Source of the DNA: Candidatus Rokuibacteriota bacterium
GTDB lineage: Bacteria > Methylomirabilota > Methylomirabilia > Rokubacteriales > CSP1-6
Direction: 5' to 3'
DNA length: 42,405 bases
Assembly (NCBI GenBank): GCA_016184305.1
Contig: JACPCX010000116.1
Location: 1 to 42,405 of the forward strand
The notes under the pieces are model-generated. The model saw only the letters and a program-made list of their open reading frames with translations, did no database searches and had not been told where the DNA came from. Made by a program: the position numbers and the translations under genes. Shown here piece after piece: positions 1 to 9,926 of the stretch. Within the stretch, counting starts at the first letter, position 1. Each line of letters opens with the position of its first letter.

Positions 1-284
1 TCGGCGCCGACGGCCGCGGTGGGACGCGGGCGGCCGCGCGGCGGGCGCGCCCGCGCGGCGACCGCCGCGACGGCGGGATCGGGCAGGAAAGTCGTCTGGC
101 CGCCCAACGCGGACGAGAGCTTCTGCGCGAGGCCGCGCCACTGGGCTTCGGGCGCGGGCGCGAGCGAGCCGAGCGAACAGATCGTGCGGTGCCGGGGGCC
201 CGCCGGGGTGGCGATTGACTCGACAAGGAGATGATTGACGTAGGTCTTGGCGCCCACCTGCCGGCTGTTGCCCTTGATGAACAC
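1..284 (-). CDS. IS1634-family-like transposase, N-terminal part (runs off window start)
   Basis: Manual translation from GTG at 284 (GGAG upstream): MFIKGNSRQVGAKTYVNHLLVESIATPAGPRHRTICSLGSL..., matching the MFI..K.Y..LVES....GPR.R...LG N-terminus typical of IS1634 transposases. Absent from the ORF track because it has no stop inside the window. Confidence 0.7.
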   Translation of the reverse strand, partial: MFIKGNSRQVGAKTYVNHLLVESIATPAGPRHRTICSLGSLAPAPEAQWRGLAQKLSSALGGQTTFLPDPAVAAVAARARPPRGRPRPTAAVGA

Positions 285-514
285 CCTGACTCCATTTCGT
301 TACTCTCACCCCGTCTTGTCAAGAAAACTCGACGGGACATTTCCGCGGCGGCACGGGGCGAGATGCCCTCGTGGGTTACCGCCTCAAGCCCCGCGGGCTC
401 CTCGCCGGTGGCGGCGGCATCCAGGACCCCTCTGATTAGTTACTATTGTGGAGATTCCCGGAGTCACCCCACGACATTTCAGGGGGTTGCGCGGCGCGCG
501 GTGTGGAAGTTGGG
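1..514 (-). mobile_element. Left part of IS1634-like element; putative terminus near 502-514 (TGTGGAAGTTGGG)
   Basis: About 230 bp of lower-GC non-coding leader lies between the transposase start and the TAA (515-517) of the neighbouring ORF. The other end is outside the window, so the terminus is unconfirmed. Confidence 0.5.
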
Positions 515-691
515 TTAGCGTCCGTCGGCCAGCGCCTCCAGGAAGCGCGCGACGCCGCGCAGGGCGTCCGGCGCCACGACGGCCCCCACGACCATGGCCA
601 GCGGCACGAGCGGCACGGCGAACGCCGCCGCGTCCAGGAGCATCACACCGAGGAGCAGCCCGAATCGCCAGTTCACGACCCTTCCCCACAT
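515..691 (-). CDS. Small hydrophobic membrane protein (58 aa)
   Basis: ATG at 691 preceded by GAAGGAG; MWGRVVNWRFGLLLGVMLLDAAAFAVPLVPLAMVVGAVV... is hydrophobic. Confidence 0.6.
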   Translation of the reverse strand: MWGRVVNWRFGLLLGVMLLDAAAFAVPLVPLAMVVGAVVAPDALRGVARFLEALADGR

Positions 692-753
692 CGCCCGTCC
701 CTCCTTCGGGCGGGGCGCCGGCGCCGCCCGCATGCCCGCATGCTATCCTGACG

Positions 754-2706
754 ATGATGGTTGCCGAGCCTGTCTTCTTCCGCAACCTCGCCTACGTCTT
801 CGTGGCGGCCGTGCTGGGCGCCCTCCTCGCGAGGATCACCCGCTAGCCCCTGATCCTGGGCTATGTCCTCGGCGGGCTCCTCATCAGCCCCCTGACTCCG
901 GGCCCGTCGGTGTCCGATCTCCACACCTTCGAGCTGTTCGCAGAGATTGGCGTCATCCTCCTGATGTTCTCGGTGGGCATCGAGTTCTCGCTGCGGGAGC
1001 TCCGCGAGGTGAAGTGGGTCGCGATCCTGGGCGGTCCCCTCGGGATCCTCCTGTCCGTGGGCCTCGGCATGGCGGTGGGGAGGGCCCTGGGATGGTCGGC
1101 GCTCGAGGGCATGGTGGTCGGCATGGTGGTCTCGGTGGCGAGCACCATGGTCCTGGCCCGGCTCCTGATCGACCACGGCGAGCTGCACTCGCGCCACGGC
1201 CGCATCATGATCGGGATCACCCTGGTCGAGGACTTGGCGGTGGTCGTGCTCATCATGCTCATCCCGCGCCTCGGGGTCCTCGAGCCCGGCCGCCTCCTCG
1301 ACGTGGCCGCGGGGCTCGGGCTCGCCGTCGCGATCCTGGCGCCCTTCCTCTTCCTGGCCGCGCGCGTCGTGCCGGCCATCCTCTTGCGGGTGGCGCGCCT
1401 GCAGAGCCCCGAGATCTTCCTGCTGGTGGCGCTCGCGCTGGCGCTGGCCACGGCGGCCGTGACCCAAGCGGCGGGGTTGTCGCTGGCGCTCGGAGCGTTC
1501 CTGGCCGGGCTGCTCATCAGCGACTCCGACTACGGGCACGAGACGCTCGCGCGCCTCCTGTCGCTTCGGGACGTGTTCGTCGCGCTCTTCTTCGTGACCG
1601 TCGGGGCCCTCATCGACCCCGCCGTCGTCGCCGGCAATGTCCGGCTGCTGGGGATCATCGTCGGGCTCGTCATCGTGGGCAAGCTGTTGATTTGGGCGGC
1701 CGTCGTGCGGCTCTTCGGCCACCCAACGTGGGTGGCGGTGCTGGTGGCGGTGGGGCTGACGCAGATCGGGGAGTTCTCCTTCATCCTCGTGCAGGTTGCC
1801 CGGAGCGCCGGGCATATCGGCGCCGACATCTACAACGCGACGCTGGCCGCGGCCCTGCTGACCATCCTGAGCAATGCTTTGATGGTCCGGTATGCGCCGC
1901 GCTGGGTCGGTCGGGCCTGGCTCCGGGGGCCTCCGGAGCCGGTGATGGGGCCGGACGAGGCCCAGCCGAGGGAAGACCCGGTGGTCGTCTGCGGATTCGG
2001 GCGGGTCGGCAGCGCGGTCGCGGACGCGTTCGAGGCGTTCGGCACGCCGTACGTCGCCATCGAGTCGAACCCGGACATCGTCCGGGGCCTTCGCGAGCGG
2101 GGCGTCCCGTGCGTGTACGGCGACGCCTCGCAACGGTCCCTGCTGGAGCTGGCCGGCGCCGAGCGGGCCCGGCTGGTCGTGGTGGCATTGCCGGACTTCG
2201 AGCGGGCCGAGCTGGCGGTGCGGCACGCCCGGAGCCTGAACCGGGCCGGGCCCATCCTGGCCCGTGCCCACGACGTCCGCGTCCGAGATCGCCTGCTCGC
2301 CGCCGGGGCGACCGAGGTGATCCAGCCGGAGTTCGAGGCCGCGTCCACCCTCATCCGGCACGCGTTGCGGGAGCTCGGGCTGTCGCGCGATCGGGTCCTG
2401 GCCTACCTGGAGCGGTGGCGCGACGCCCTCGAGGCGCTGCCGGCGCGCGGAGCGCGCGGTGAGGCGCTCCCGGAGGTGCGGGACCTCTCGGTCGGAAGGG
2501 GCGGCGTCGCTGACCGGTCGCTCGGCGAAGCGGCCGTCCGCGAGCGCTACGGCGTGACGGTCCTGTCCATCGGCCGCGCCGACGGCGAACGCGTCCCCCA
2601 TCCTTCCGCGGGGACAGTGCTGCGCCCCGGGGACCGGCTCCGGGTCTTTGGCCTGGCCGAGCACATCGAGGCCTTCACGCGCGCTCTCGGGGAGGGCAAG
2701 GCATGA
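754..2706 (+). pseudogene. CPA2 cation:proton antiporter (Kef/YbaL-like) with TrkA-N and TrkA-C domains; in-frame TAG at codon 31 (844-846)
   Basis: MMVAEPVFFRNLAYVFVAAVLGALLARITR*PLILGYVLGGLLISP continues in frame into the 910-2706 ORF. Motifs: AEIGVILLMFSVGIEFS, QIGEFSF, VVCGFGRVG (RCK-N), and RCK-C at the end. Confidence 0.8.
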
Positions 2707-2839
2707 GCGGTTGCCGAGAAGATTTCCCGCTCGAGAGCGTTGATCCACGAATCCAGCTTCAACAGCTCGGCAACCCTCCATTGCCAGACGTCTTCCGGCG
2801 TCGCGATCCAGCCGGGATGCCAGTAATACCGATCCAGAG

Positions 2840-4007
2840 TGAAGGGAGGGGGTGGCGATCTGGGGATCCCCGTGAGGCTGGTGCGGATCGGGGGCCGCGA
2901 GGGTCCAGAGCCGCTGGAGGGCCACGTCGAGGTCACGCTGGAGCTGGAGCGGGTTGAGGCTGTGGTAAAGGGTCTCGATCTCGTGGCGTTTGTCGGGGGT
3001 CAGGACACCGGCGGCGCAGAGACGCTGGTAGGGCGTCTGGGCGCGGTCGTAGAAGCGGTGCACGCGGGCGCCCTCGCGGTGTTTGGTCACGAGCTGTTCC
3101 ACGGGTTGGAAGAAGTTCACGTGGAGGCGAGCGAGCTGGTAGACGCGCGTGAGTTGCGCATAGGCGACCCGGGTGGCGAAGCGATCATAGCCGATGAGGC
3201 GGCGGACGACGGCGCCGTTCTTCTGCTCGACGTGCGCGCTGTCGTTCTTCTTCCAGGGGCGGCTGCGGGTGAAGGTGATGGCGTAGCGGCGGCAGTAATC
3301 CACCAGCGAGCGATTGATGAACTCGGAGCCGTTGTCACTGTCGAGGCCCACCAGGGGCATGGGCAGGCGGGTGCGGACGTGGTCCACGGCGCCCCCGACG
3401 CGCCCCTGGCCCTTGCCCCAGACGGCGTCGAGCTCGACCCAGGCGGTGGTGATGTCGACGGCGCAGAGGGTGCAGGGGGAGAAGCCCTGGGTGCTGCTGC
3501 CACAGTGGGCGACGAGATCGACCTCGACGAAGCCCGGGCGGGCATCGTCCCACTCGGTGAAGGTGCGGATGGGGATCTCGTGCTTGAGGAAGGTGCCGGG
3601 GCGCGTCGTGGCGGCCCCGCGGGGCGGGCACCGGGCGCGAGCGGGGGCCAGCAGCCGGGCGAGGGTGGGGCGACTGGCCTGCCGCACGAGCTTGTCGAGG
3701 GCCGCGAGGGCGAGTTCGCCCCACTGGGTGAGCCGATCGAGCAGCTCAGGCACGAAGGGATGGAGCCGGTGAGCGCCGATCTGGCCGCTGGCCTGCCACA
3801 GGACCGCGGCGACGGTGGCCACCTCGGGCCCGTAGCGGCGCGGGCGGCCGGCCGCGGCGGGCGGCGCAGCAAGCGGATGGCGGCCTTGCGGTGGATCCGG
3901 GTGACGGCGACGACCTCGTCCAAGAGCTGCCGCTTCTCGGCCCGCGTCGCCCGCAGGTAGCACTCTCGTTGGACCGCGGCGTACTCCCGAAGGCTGGCTC
4001 GTGTCAC
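2840..4007 (-). pseudogene. DDE/rve integrase-core transposase, frameshifted and 3'-truncated
   Basis: GTG at 4007 after AGGAGG gives VTRASLREYAAVQRECYLRATRAEKRQLLDEV..RKAAIRLL. The frame shifts near 3850-3860 into RYGPEV...IPIRTF...PGFVEVDLVAHCG...GLDSDNGSEFIN...FTRSRPWKKNDSAHVEQKN. There is no native stop or right end. Confidence 0.8.
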
Positions 4008-4031
4008 GGGTTCCTCCTGGGGGGCGGAGTG

Positions 4032-4092
4032 GGTAACCGTGACTTCTGATCTAGGCCCCCGCCTTCGGTAACCGAAGTTTTGAGTTGATGCG
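4032..4092. repeat. Probable IS left-end tandem motifs GGTAACCG..T(T/C)TGA
   Basis: GGTAACCGTGACTTCTGA (4032-4049) and GGTAACCGAAGTTTTGA (4067-4083) lie just upstream of the transposase. Confidence 0.55.
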
Positions 4093-4097
4093 GCGCC

Positions 4098-4126
4098 TTG
4101 ACGTTCTGCCAGTAGCTTTGTACGCT
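4098..4126 (+). promoter_or_regulatory. Sigma70-type promoter of TA operon
   Basis: TTGACG-17 bp-TACGCT upstream of 4171. Confidence 0.5.
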
Positions 4127-4170
4127 TGGTCCGAGCCTTGTAAACGACAGATCCGCCATGGAGGCAATTC

Positions 4171-4410
4171 ATGCGCACCACGGTGTCGTCCCGCGGGCAA
4201 ACGGCAGTGCCGGCCGAGGTCCGGCGCCGCTTCAAGCTCACCGGCAACTCCCGGTTGGAGTGGATCATCGAGGGTGACGTGATCACCCTGGTTCCCGTCC
4301 CCGCGGACCCCGCCAGAGCGTTCCGAGGCTCGCTCCGGGGGAAGTACTCGGTGGCGGCGCTCCTTCGACAGCGCGCCCGCGAGCGGAAGCGCGCGCGCCA
4401 GCGTGGCTGA
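4171..4410 (+). CDS. AbrB/MazE/SpoVT-family antitoxin
   Basis: MRTTVSSRGQTAVPAEVRRRFKL AbrB signature; overlaps the PIN gene. Confidence 0.9.
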   Translation: MRTTVSSRGQTAVPAEVRRRFKLTGNSRLEWIIEGDVITLVPVPADPARAFRGSLRGKYSVAALLRQRARERKRARQRG

Positions 4411-4846
4411 GGCGCGGCGCTACACCCTGGATACGTCGGCGATCATGGCGTATTTCGCCGATGAGGCCGGCGCCGACCGGGTCGAGCGCATCCTGACCCT
4501 GTCGGATCGCGGAACCATCGACGCCTACGCCTCATTCATGGCCTACATGGAAGTGCTGTACGGAGTGTGGCGGCGACTGGGGGAGAAGACCGGCAAGGCG
4601 ACGTATCTGCGCCTCAAGGCCCTTGCCATCCGTCGCGTCGACGCGTCCGAGGAGCTGCTGCTCGCTGCGGCACGGATCAAGGCAACTCATGAGCTGTCCG
4701 TCGCGGACGCCTGGATCGCTGCCACCGCGCTCGTCACCGGCAGCACCCTCGTCCACAAGGACCCGGAGTTCCGGTCGCTGGCCGGTGAGCTCCCCCTGCT
4801 GGAGCTGCCCCTCAAGCCCTCGCCCGCCCGCCCCCGCTCGAGGTGA
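4403..4846 (+). CDS. vapC: PIN-domain toxin (VapC family)
   Basis: LDTSAIMA, E, LSVADAWIAATA and LVHKDPEF acidic PIN motifs. Confidence 0.9.
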   Translation: MAEARRYTLDTSAIMAYFADEAGADRVERILTLSDRGTIDAYASFMAYMEVLYGVWRRLGEKTGKATYLRLKALAIRRVDASEELLLAAARIKATHELSVADAWIAATALVTGSTLVHKDPEFRSLAGELPLLELPLKPSPARPRSR

Positions 4847-4878
4847 GGTCGGCGATGTGGGGCCTGGGAGGCGGCCTG

Positions 4879-5817
4879 CTAGGAGAGGTTCTGGGCCTCG
4901 AGATAGCGCTCCGCCTCGAGCGCCGCCATGCAGCCCGTGCCGGCCGCGGTCACGGCCTGGCGGTAGGTGAAGTCCTGCACGTCGCCTGCGGCGAAGACAC
5001 CGGGCACCGAGGTCTCGGTGGTGCCGGGCTTCACCTTGATGTACGCGTTCGGGTGCAGCGCGATCTGTCCCGTGAACAGCGCCGTGTTGGGCTGATGCCC
5101 GATGGCGACGAAGAGGCCGTCCACCGGGGTCTCCCAGACTGCCCCCGTCTTGAGATTCCGGAGCCGGACGGCCGTCACCTTGCCCTGGGCCGGGTCGAGG
5201 ACATCGTCCACCGTCGCGTCCCAGATGAACGTGATCTTCGGGTTCTTGAAGGCGCGATCCTGCATGATCTTCGAGGCGCGCAGCGCGTCCCGGCGATGGA
5301 CGACCTCCACCTGCCGGCCGAGCCGCGCGAGATAGAGCGCCTCCTCGATGGCGGAATCGCCGCCGCCCACCACCATGATGTTCTGATCCTTGAAGAAGAA
5401 GCCGTCGCAGGTGGCGCACGTGGAGACACCGCGCCCCATGAGCGTCGACTCACTGGGCAGCCCGATGAGCTTGGCCGAGGCGCCGGTGGAAATGATGACG
5501 GTGTGGCCCTCCAGCGTCACGTCGCCTCCCGTCACCGTGAACGGCCGCCGGCTGAAATCCACGGCCGTGACGTCGTCCTCGATCATCTCGGTCCCGAAGC
5601 GCTGGGCCTGCTTCCGGAAGTTCTCCATGAGGGGCGGGCCGTCGATGCCCTCGATGAAGCCCGGGTAGTTCTCCACCAGCGTCGTGAGCATGAGCTGGCC
5701 GCCTGCCTGCGCGCCCGTGAACATCACCGGGGCGAGGTTGGCCCTGGCGGCGTAGATGGCGGCCGTGTAGCCCGCCGGGCCGGAGCCGATGATGATCACC
5801 TTTCGCGTCGTTCCCAT
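4879..5817 (-). CDS. trxB: Thioredoxin-disulfide reductase
   Basis: IIGSGPAG, CATCDG, VVGGGDSA, VFAAGDV, YRQAVTAAGTGC. Confidence 0.97.
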   Translation of the reverse strand: MGTTRKVIIIGSGPAGYTAAIYAARANLAPVMFTGAQAGGQLMLTTLVENYPGFIEGIDGPPLMENFRKQAQRFGTEMIEDDVTAVDFSRRPFTVTGGDVTLEGHTVIISTGASAKLIGLPSESTLMGRGVSTCATCDGFFFKDQNIMVVGGGDSAIEEALYLARLGRQVEVVHRRDALRASKIMQDRAFKNPKITFIWDATVDDVLDPAQGKVTAVRLRNLKTGAVWETPVDGLFVAIGHQPNTALFTGQIALHPNAYIKVKPGTTETSVPGVFAAGDVQDFTYRQAVTAAGTGCMAALEAERYLEAQNLS

Positions 5818-5871
5818 GCGGGTCGTCCCCTTGTCCCCTGCCGTGTACGTATAGATGCAGCCCGGAGCGGC

Positions 5872-6627
5872 TCAGATGCCGACGATCCGGCGCAGCTCCG
5901 CGAGGTCCTGGATCTCGAACTCGGGCGCCGGCGCCCCGTCCGGCAGCGCCTCGCGGGCGCGGTTGATCCAGACGGCCTGCATCCCGACTCCGTGGGCGCC
6001 GGCCACGTCGATGTCGGCCCGGTCCCCCACGAAGAGGGCGCGCTCCGGCCCCAGGCCGAGGGCCCCGAGCGCCGTCTCGAAGATCACGGCCTTGGGCTTC
6101 CGCCACCCCACCGCATCGGAGATGACCACCGCCTCGAACAGGGAGGCGATCCCCTCTCGCTCGAGGACGAGCCGGGCGGTGGGCGTGTAGTCGAAATTGG
6201 AGACCACGGCCAGCCGGTGCCGCGCCCCGAGCGCCGCGAGCAGCTCGCGATGATGGGCGGGCAGCACCACGGCCTTCGACAGCTCGCGCATGTGGGTGGA
6301 CAGGAGGATGGGCAACGCCTCCCGCTCCATCGCCGCCGCGTCCAGCCCCAGATGGCCGAACAGCATGCCGAAGCGCTCCGGGGCCGCGACCTCGCGGTGG
6401 CTCTTCCCGCGGATGCGCTCGGCCTCGTGCCAGCTCCACAGAAGCGCGGCCACGAACTGCTCGAGCGAGACGCCGGGAGCGAACGGCCGGAAGGCCTCGT
6501 GCATGTGCCCGGCGGTCGAGCGCAGCGTGCGCCCGTTCACCTGGATCTCGGGCAGCCGCTCGCGCTCGAAGAGCACCAGCGTGTCGAAGAGGTCGAAGAG
6601 GAGCGCGTCCCACGTCATCGGCGTCAC
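5872..6627 (-). CDS. HAD-superfamily hydrolase
   Basis: LLFDLFDTL (motif I), VVSNFD, RKPK, FVGDRADIDV; GTG start overlaps the upstream TGA (alternative ATG at 6618). Confidence 0.88.
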   Translation of the reverse strand: MTPMTWDALLFDLFDTLVLFERERLPEIQVNGRTLRSTAGHMHEAFRPFAPGVSLEQFVAALLWSWHEAERIRGKSHREVAAPERFGMLFGHLGLDAAAMEREALPILLSTHMRELSKAVVLPAHHRELLAALGARHRLAVVSNFDYTPTARLVLEREGIASLFEAVVISDAVGWRKPKAVIFETALGALGLGPERALFVGDRADIDVAGAHGVGMQAVWINRAREALPDGAPAPEFEIQDLAELRRIVGI

Positions 6628-7040
6628 GGCAAGGGCTTCCGCTGGCCATAGCCCTCGTCCATCCCGTGCCAGAAGCGCACCGCGTCCTCGCCGTGCTTCC
6701 AGCAGAGATTGACGGGCGCTGCCCCCGCCACCTGCGGCAGGCGCCCGGGAAAGTCCACGAGCCCCTGCTCCAGATCCTTCACCGTGCCCCCCAGCGCGGC
6801 GATCGTCTTCACCGCTGCGCGCACCTCGATCGTGAGCCCGTCGAGCCGCTCCGCGCGCGCCTTCCACTCGCGCCGGTCCACGAGCCCGCCTCCGGAGAGC
6901 CGGATGCGCTCCTTCTCCTCATTGAGCGCGTGGGCAAACGACGAGGCCTGTCGATGGCGCTCCATGGCCCGGCCCATCAGCGCGCTGAGCCTCGGGATGA
7001 GCGCGTCCACCTCGGCGGCCGTGAAGTAGCGGTCGCTCAC
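6624..7040 (-). CDS. DUF2203-like protein
   Basis: RYFTAAEVDALIP...VKDLEQGLVDFP...NLCWKHGE..VRFWHGMDEGYGQRKPL; GTGA overlap with lutC. Confidence 0.85.
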   Translation of the reverse strand: MSDRYFTAAEVDALIPRLSALMGRAMERHRQASSFAHALNEEKERIRLSGGGLVDRREWKARAERLDGLTIEVRAAVKTIAALGGTVKDLEQGLVDFPGRLPQVAGAAPVNLCWKHGEDAVRFWHGMDEGYGQRKPLP

Positions 7041-7765
7041 AGCGCCTCCACGAACACGGCGTGGACTTCCTTCGGGCCGTGGACGCCCCGCGTGAGCGTG
7101 AGCTCGATGTCCGCCGTCCGGGAGGGACCGGTGATGAAGTTGATCATGGCGCCCGACCGGGACCGCGCGGCGTCGGCGTGGAGCGCCTCCAGCATGATGC
7201 CGACCTGCTCGAGGCTCTCGAGGAGCTGGCCCTTCCCGAAGACGGCCACGTGGGTATCGGGCAGCAGCGAGGTGGAGCGCGGGCGGCCCGAGCCCGAGAC
7301 GAGGATCAGCGTCCCCGTCTCCGCCAGCGCCCAGTCCACGCCCGTGACCCCGATCTGCGCCCCTGCGGCGGCCTCCCGGTGGGCGAGCCGCGCCGACGCG
7401 CCGCCGCCGGGCGGCGCCACGGTCACCGAGAGCCCTGCCGGCTCCAGCGTGGCGCGCAGATCGAGGCCGAGCGCGGCCGGCTCCCAGCCGACCACGCTCC
7501 GCGCGCCCCGCCGCCGGGCGAGGTCGCGGATGACCCCCGGGACCTCGGCAAGGCTCGCGACACGGTGGAAGACGCCCGCCACCCGCTCGAGTTCCTGCTG
7601 GAAGCGCGCGAGCGCCGCGGGCCAGCGCTCCATCATCTCGCGCCGCAACGCCGCCGCGGCCTCCTCCGGGTGCGCCGGCCGAGGCGCGGGCGAGGCCGCG
7701 AAGAGCGCCGGCGCCCGGCGCACCTCCCGCCGGATCCGCTCGAGCATCTCCGCCCGCGTCGCCAT
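7037..7765 (-). CDS. lutC: Lactate utilization protein C (LUD domain)
   Basis: LAETGTL..PRSTSLLP..H..FITGPSRTADIELTLTRGVHGP. Confidence 0.9.
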   Translation of the reverse strand: MATRAEMLERIRREVRRAPALFAASPAPRPAHPEEAAAALRREMMERWPAALARFQQELERVAGVFHRVASLAEVPGVIRDLARRRGARSVVGWEPAALGLDLRATLEPAGLSVTVAPPGGGASARLAHREAAAGAQIGVTGVDWALAETGTLILVSGSGRPRSTSLLPDTHVAVFGKGQLLESLEQVGIMLEALHADAARSRSGAMINFITGPSRTADIELTLTRGVHGPKEVHAVFVEAL

Positions 7766-7767
7766 GG

Positions 7768-9174
7768 TTACCGGAGATCCTTCCAGCGCTGGGTAAAGGT
7801 CTTCGCCGCCACCGGCGGCAGGTCGCGGCTCCTCGTCCACCGGCCGAAGACGAGCGGCAGCCGCGTGAGCCGCCCGTCGCTGACGAAGGGTTTCTGCGCC
7901 ACGCGCCCGAGCCGTCCCGCCAGCGCGAAGAGCATCGGCGAGCCGAGGACACGCCCCAGCATCTTGAAGACCAGCCGCTCGCCCCACGGCGCGATCCGGC
8001 CGCGGTCCAGGCCTTCGCGCAGCTCGACGAGCATCCGCGGGATGTCGATCCGCACCGGGCAGACCTCCTGGCAGGCGCCGCACAGCGAGGAGGCGTGGGC
8101 CAGCTCCTTCACCGACCGGTCGCCCTTGAGCATGGCCGTGAGCAGGATGCCGATGGGCCCGGGATAGGTGTGGCCGTAGGCGTGGCCGCCGATCTGCCGG
8201 TACACCGGGCACACGTTGAGGCAGGCGCCGCAGCGCAGGCAGTACAGCGCCTCGCGGAGCTTCCCGGCGATCTGGGCCGAGCGGCCGTTGTCCAACAGGA
8301 TCAGGTGGAACTCCTCCGGTCCCTCGAGCTCCCCCGCGTGGCGCGGCCCGCGCACGAGCGTGGTGTAGACGGAGAGCTTCTGCCCGGTGGCGCTCCGGGC
8401 GAGGATGGCGAGGAAGAGCATCAGGTCTGTCATGGACGGGATGACCTTCTCGATCCCCATGACGGCCACGTGGATCCGCGGCAGGGAGGTCACCATGCGG
8501 CCATTGCCCTCGTTGGTGACGAGCACGACTGTCCCCGTGTCGGCCACGGCGAAGTTGGCCCCCGTGATCCCCATGTCGGCCTGGAGAAACTTCTGGCGCA
8601 GCTCCTTCCGCGCCGCGGCCGTGAGCACCTCGGGGTCCGCCGCGAAGTGGCCCTTGAGCTCCTTCGAGAACAGCTCCGCCACCTGCCCCTTGGTCTTGTG
8701 GATGGCGGGCGCGATGATGTGCGAGGGCTTCTCGTGGGCGAGCTGGATGATGTACTCGCCCAGGTCCGTCTCCACGGGGGTGACCCCGGCCGCCTCGAGC
8801 GCCTCGTTGAGGTCGATCTCCTCCGTCGCCATGGACTTGCTCTTCACCGCCCTGCGCAACCCGCGGTCCCGGCAGAGCCGGAGGATGATCTCCCGCGCCT
8901 CCTCGCCGGTGGCCGCCCAGTGCGCGTGCCCGCCGAGGCGCTCGACATTGTCGGCGAGCTCCGCGAGGTAGCCGTCGAGCTTCTGGAGCGTGGCCTCCTT
9001 CACCGCCCGCGCGCGGTCCCGGAGCGCCTCCCCCTCGGGGAAGCCCGCGAAGGATTCCTGCCGCAGCCCGATGAACTTGGTCGTCGCGATGCCGAGCGCT
9101 TGCTGGAGGAACGTGTCCTTGAGCGCGGCGCTGGCCCGCTCCGGAAACGGCGTGCGGAGCGTCCGGTCGCTCAC
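7768..9174 (-). CDS. lutB: Lactate utilization Fe-S protein B
   Basis: KSKSMATEE, ETDLGEYIIQL, CLRCGACLNVCP, SSLCGACQEVCPVRI. Confidence 0.95.
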   Translation of the reverse strand: MSDRTLRTPFPERASAALKDTFLQQALGIATTKFIGLRQESFAGFPEGEALRDRARAVKEATLQKLDGYLAELADNVERLGGHAHWAATGEEAREIILRLCRDRGLRRAVKSKSMATEEIDLNEALEAAGVTPVETDLGEYIIQLAHEKPSHIIAPAIHKTKGQVAELFSKELKGHFAADPEVLTAAARKELRQKFLQADMGITGANFAVADTGTVVLVTNEGNGRMVTSLPRIHVAVMGIEKVIPSMTDLMLFLAILARSATGQKLSVYTTLVRGPRHAGELEGPEEFHLILLDNGRSAQIAGKLREALYCLRCGACLNVCPVYRQIGGHAYGHTYPGPIGILLTAMLKGDRSVKELAHASSLCGACQEVCPVRIDIPRMLVELREGLDRGRIAPWGERLVFKMLGRVLGSPMLFALAGRLGRVAQKPFVSDGRLTRLPLVFGRWTRSRDLPPVAAKTFTQRWKDLR

Positions 9175-9911
9175 GGGGGGCCCTCACCCGCGAGGAGCTG
9201 GGCCAGGTGCAGCGGCGTGACGCGCGAGCCCTTTCGCGAGAGCCCACCCGCCATCTGCATGAGGCAGCCCGCGTCGCAGGCCACGAGGCACTCCGCGCCC
9301 GTCTTCTCGATGCACTCGATCTTCTTCCCGAGGATGGCCGTGGACACCTCGGGCAGCCGCACGGAGAAGGCGCCGCCGAACCCGCAGCACTCGTCCGCCC
9401 CCGGCAGCTCCACGAGCTCGACGCCCTTGACGGCGCGCAGGAGCGTGCGCGGCGCGGAGGACTCGCCCAGCCCGCGCAGGAGATGGCAGGAGTCGTGGTA
9501 GGTCACCTTGCCCTCGAAGCGCGACTGCAACTCGGTGACGCCCAGCACCTGCACCAGGAACTGGGACATCTCGCGCGTCCGCGAGGCGAGCGCGCGGGCC
9601 TCGGCGGCGGGCCCGCCGTGGCGCTCGAGTAGCCCCGGGTACTCCTTCTTCACGAGCCACGCGCAGGAGCCGGAGGGCACCACGACGTGCTCGGAGTCCT
9701 TGAAGAGGGAGACGGTGCGCGCGGCCACCTGCGCCGCATCGCGGTGGTAGCCCGAGTTGAAGAGCGGGAGCCCGCAGCAGGTCTGCCCCGGGGGGAAGTC
9801 CACTGTCACGCCCAGCCGCCGCAGGAGCGTGACCATGGCGACGCCCACCTCGGGGAAGAGCATGTCCCCGAGGCAGGTGATCATGATCGAAGCCTTCACC
9901 GGTGGCGCCAT
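9171..9911 (-). CDS. lutA: Lactate utilization protein A (CCG domains)
   Basis: QTCCGLP, PSGSC, YHDSCH, ECCGFGG. Confidence 0.92.
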   Translation of the reverse strand: MAPPVKASIMITCLGDMLFPEVGVAMVTLLRRLGVTVDFPPGQTCCGLPLFNSGYHRDAAQVAARTVSLFKDSEHVVVPSGSCAWLVKKEYPGLLERHGGPAAEARALASRTREMSQFLVQVLGVTELQSRFEGKVTYHDSCHLLRGLGESSAPRTLLRAVKGVELVELPGADECCGFGGAFSVRLPEVSTAILGKKIECIEKTGAECLVACDAGCLMQMAGGLSRKGSRVTPLHLAQLLAGEGPP

Positions 9912-9926
9912 GGGCGTCGTCCGGGC

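Noticed and set aside
844..846. Pyrrolysine or genetic-code reassignment
   Set aside because: TAG terminates several normal genes here, and a single CAG>TAG change explains it
673..3963. 1096-aa transposase fusion ORF
   Set aside because: The truncated transposase frame runs on antisense through the antiporter gene; not a real fusion
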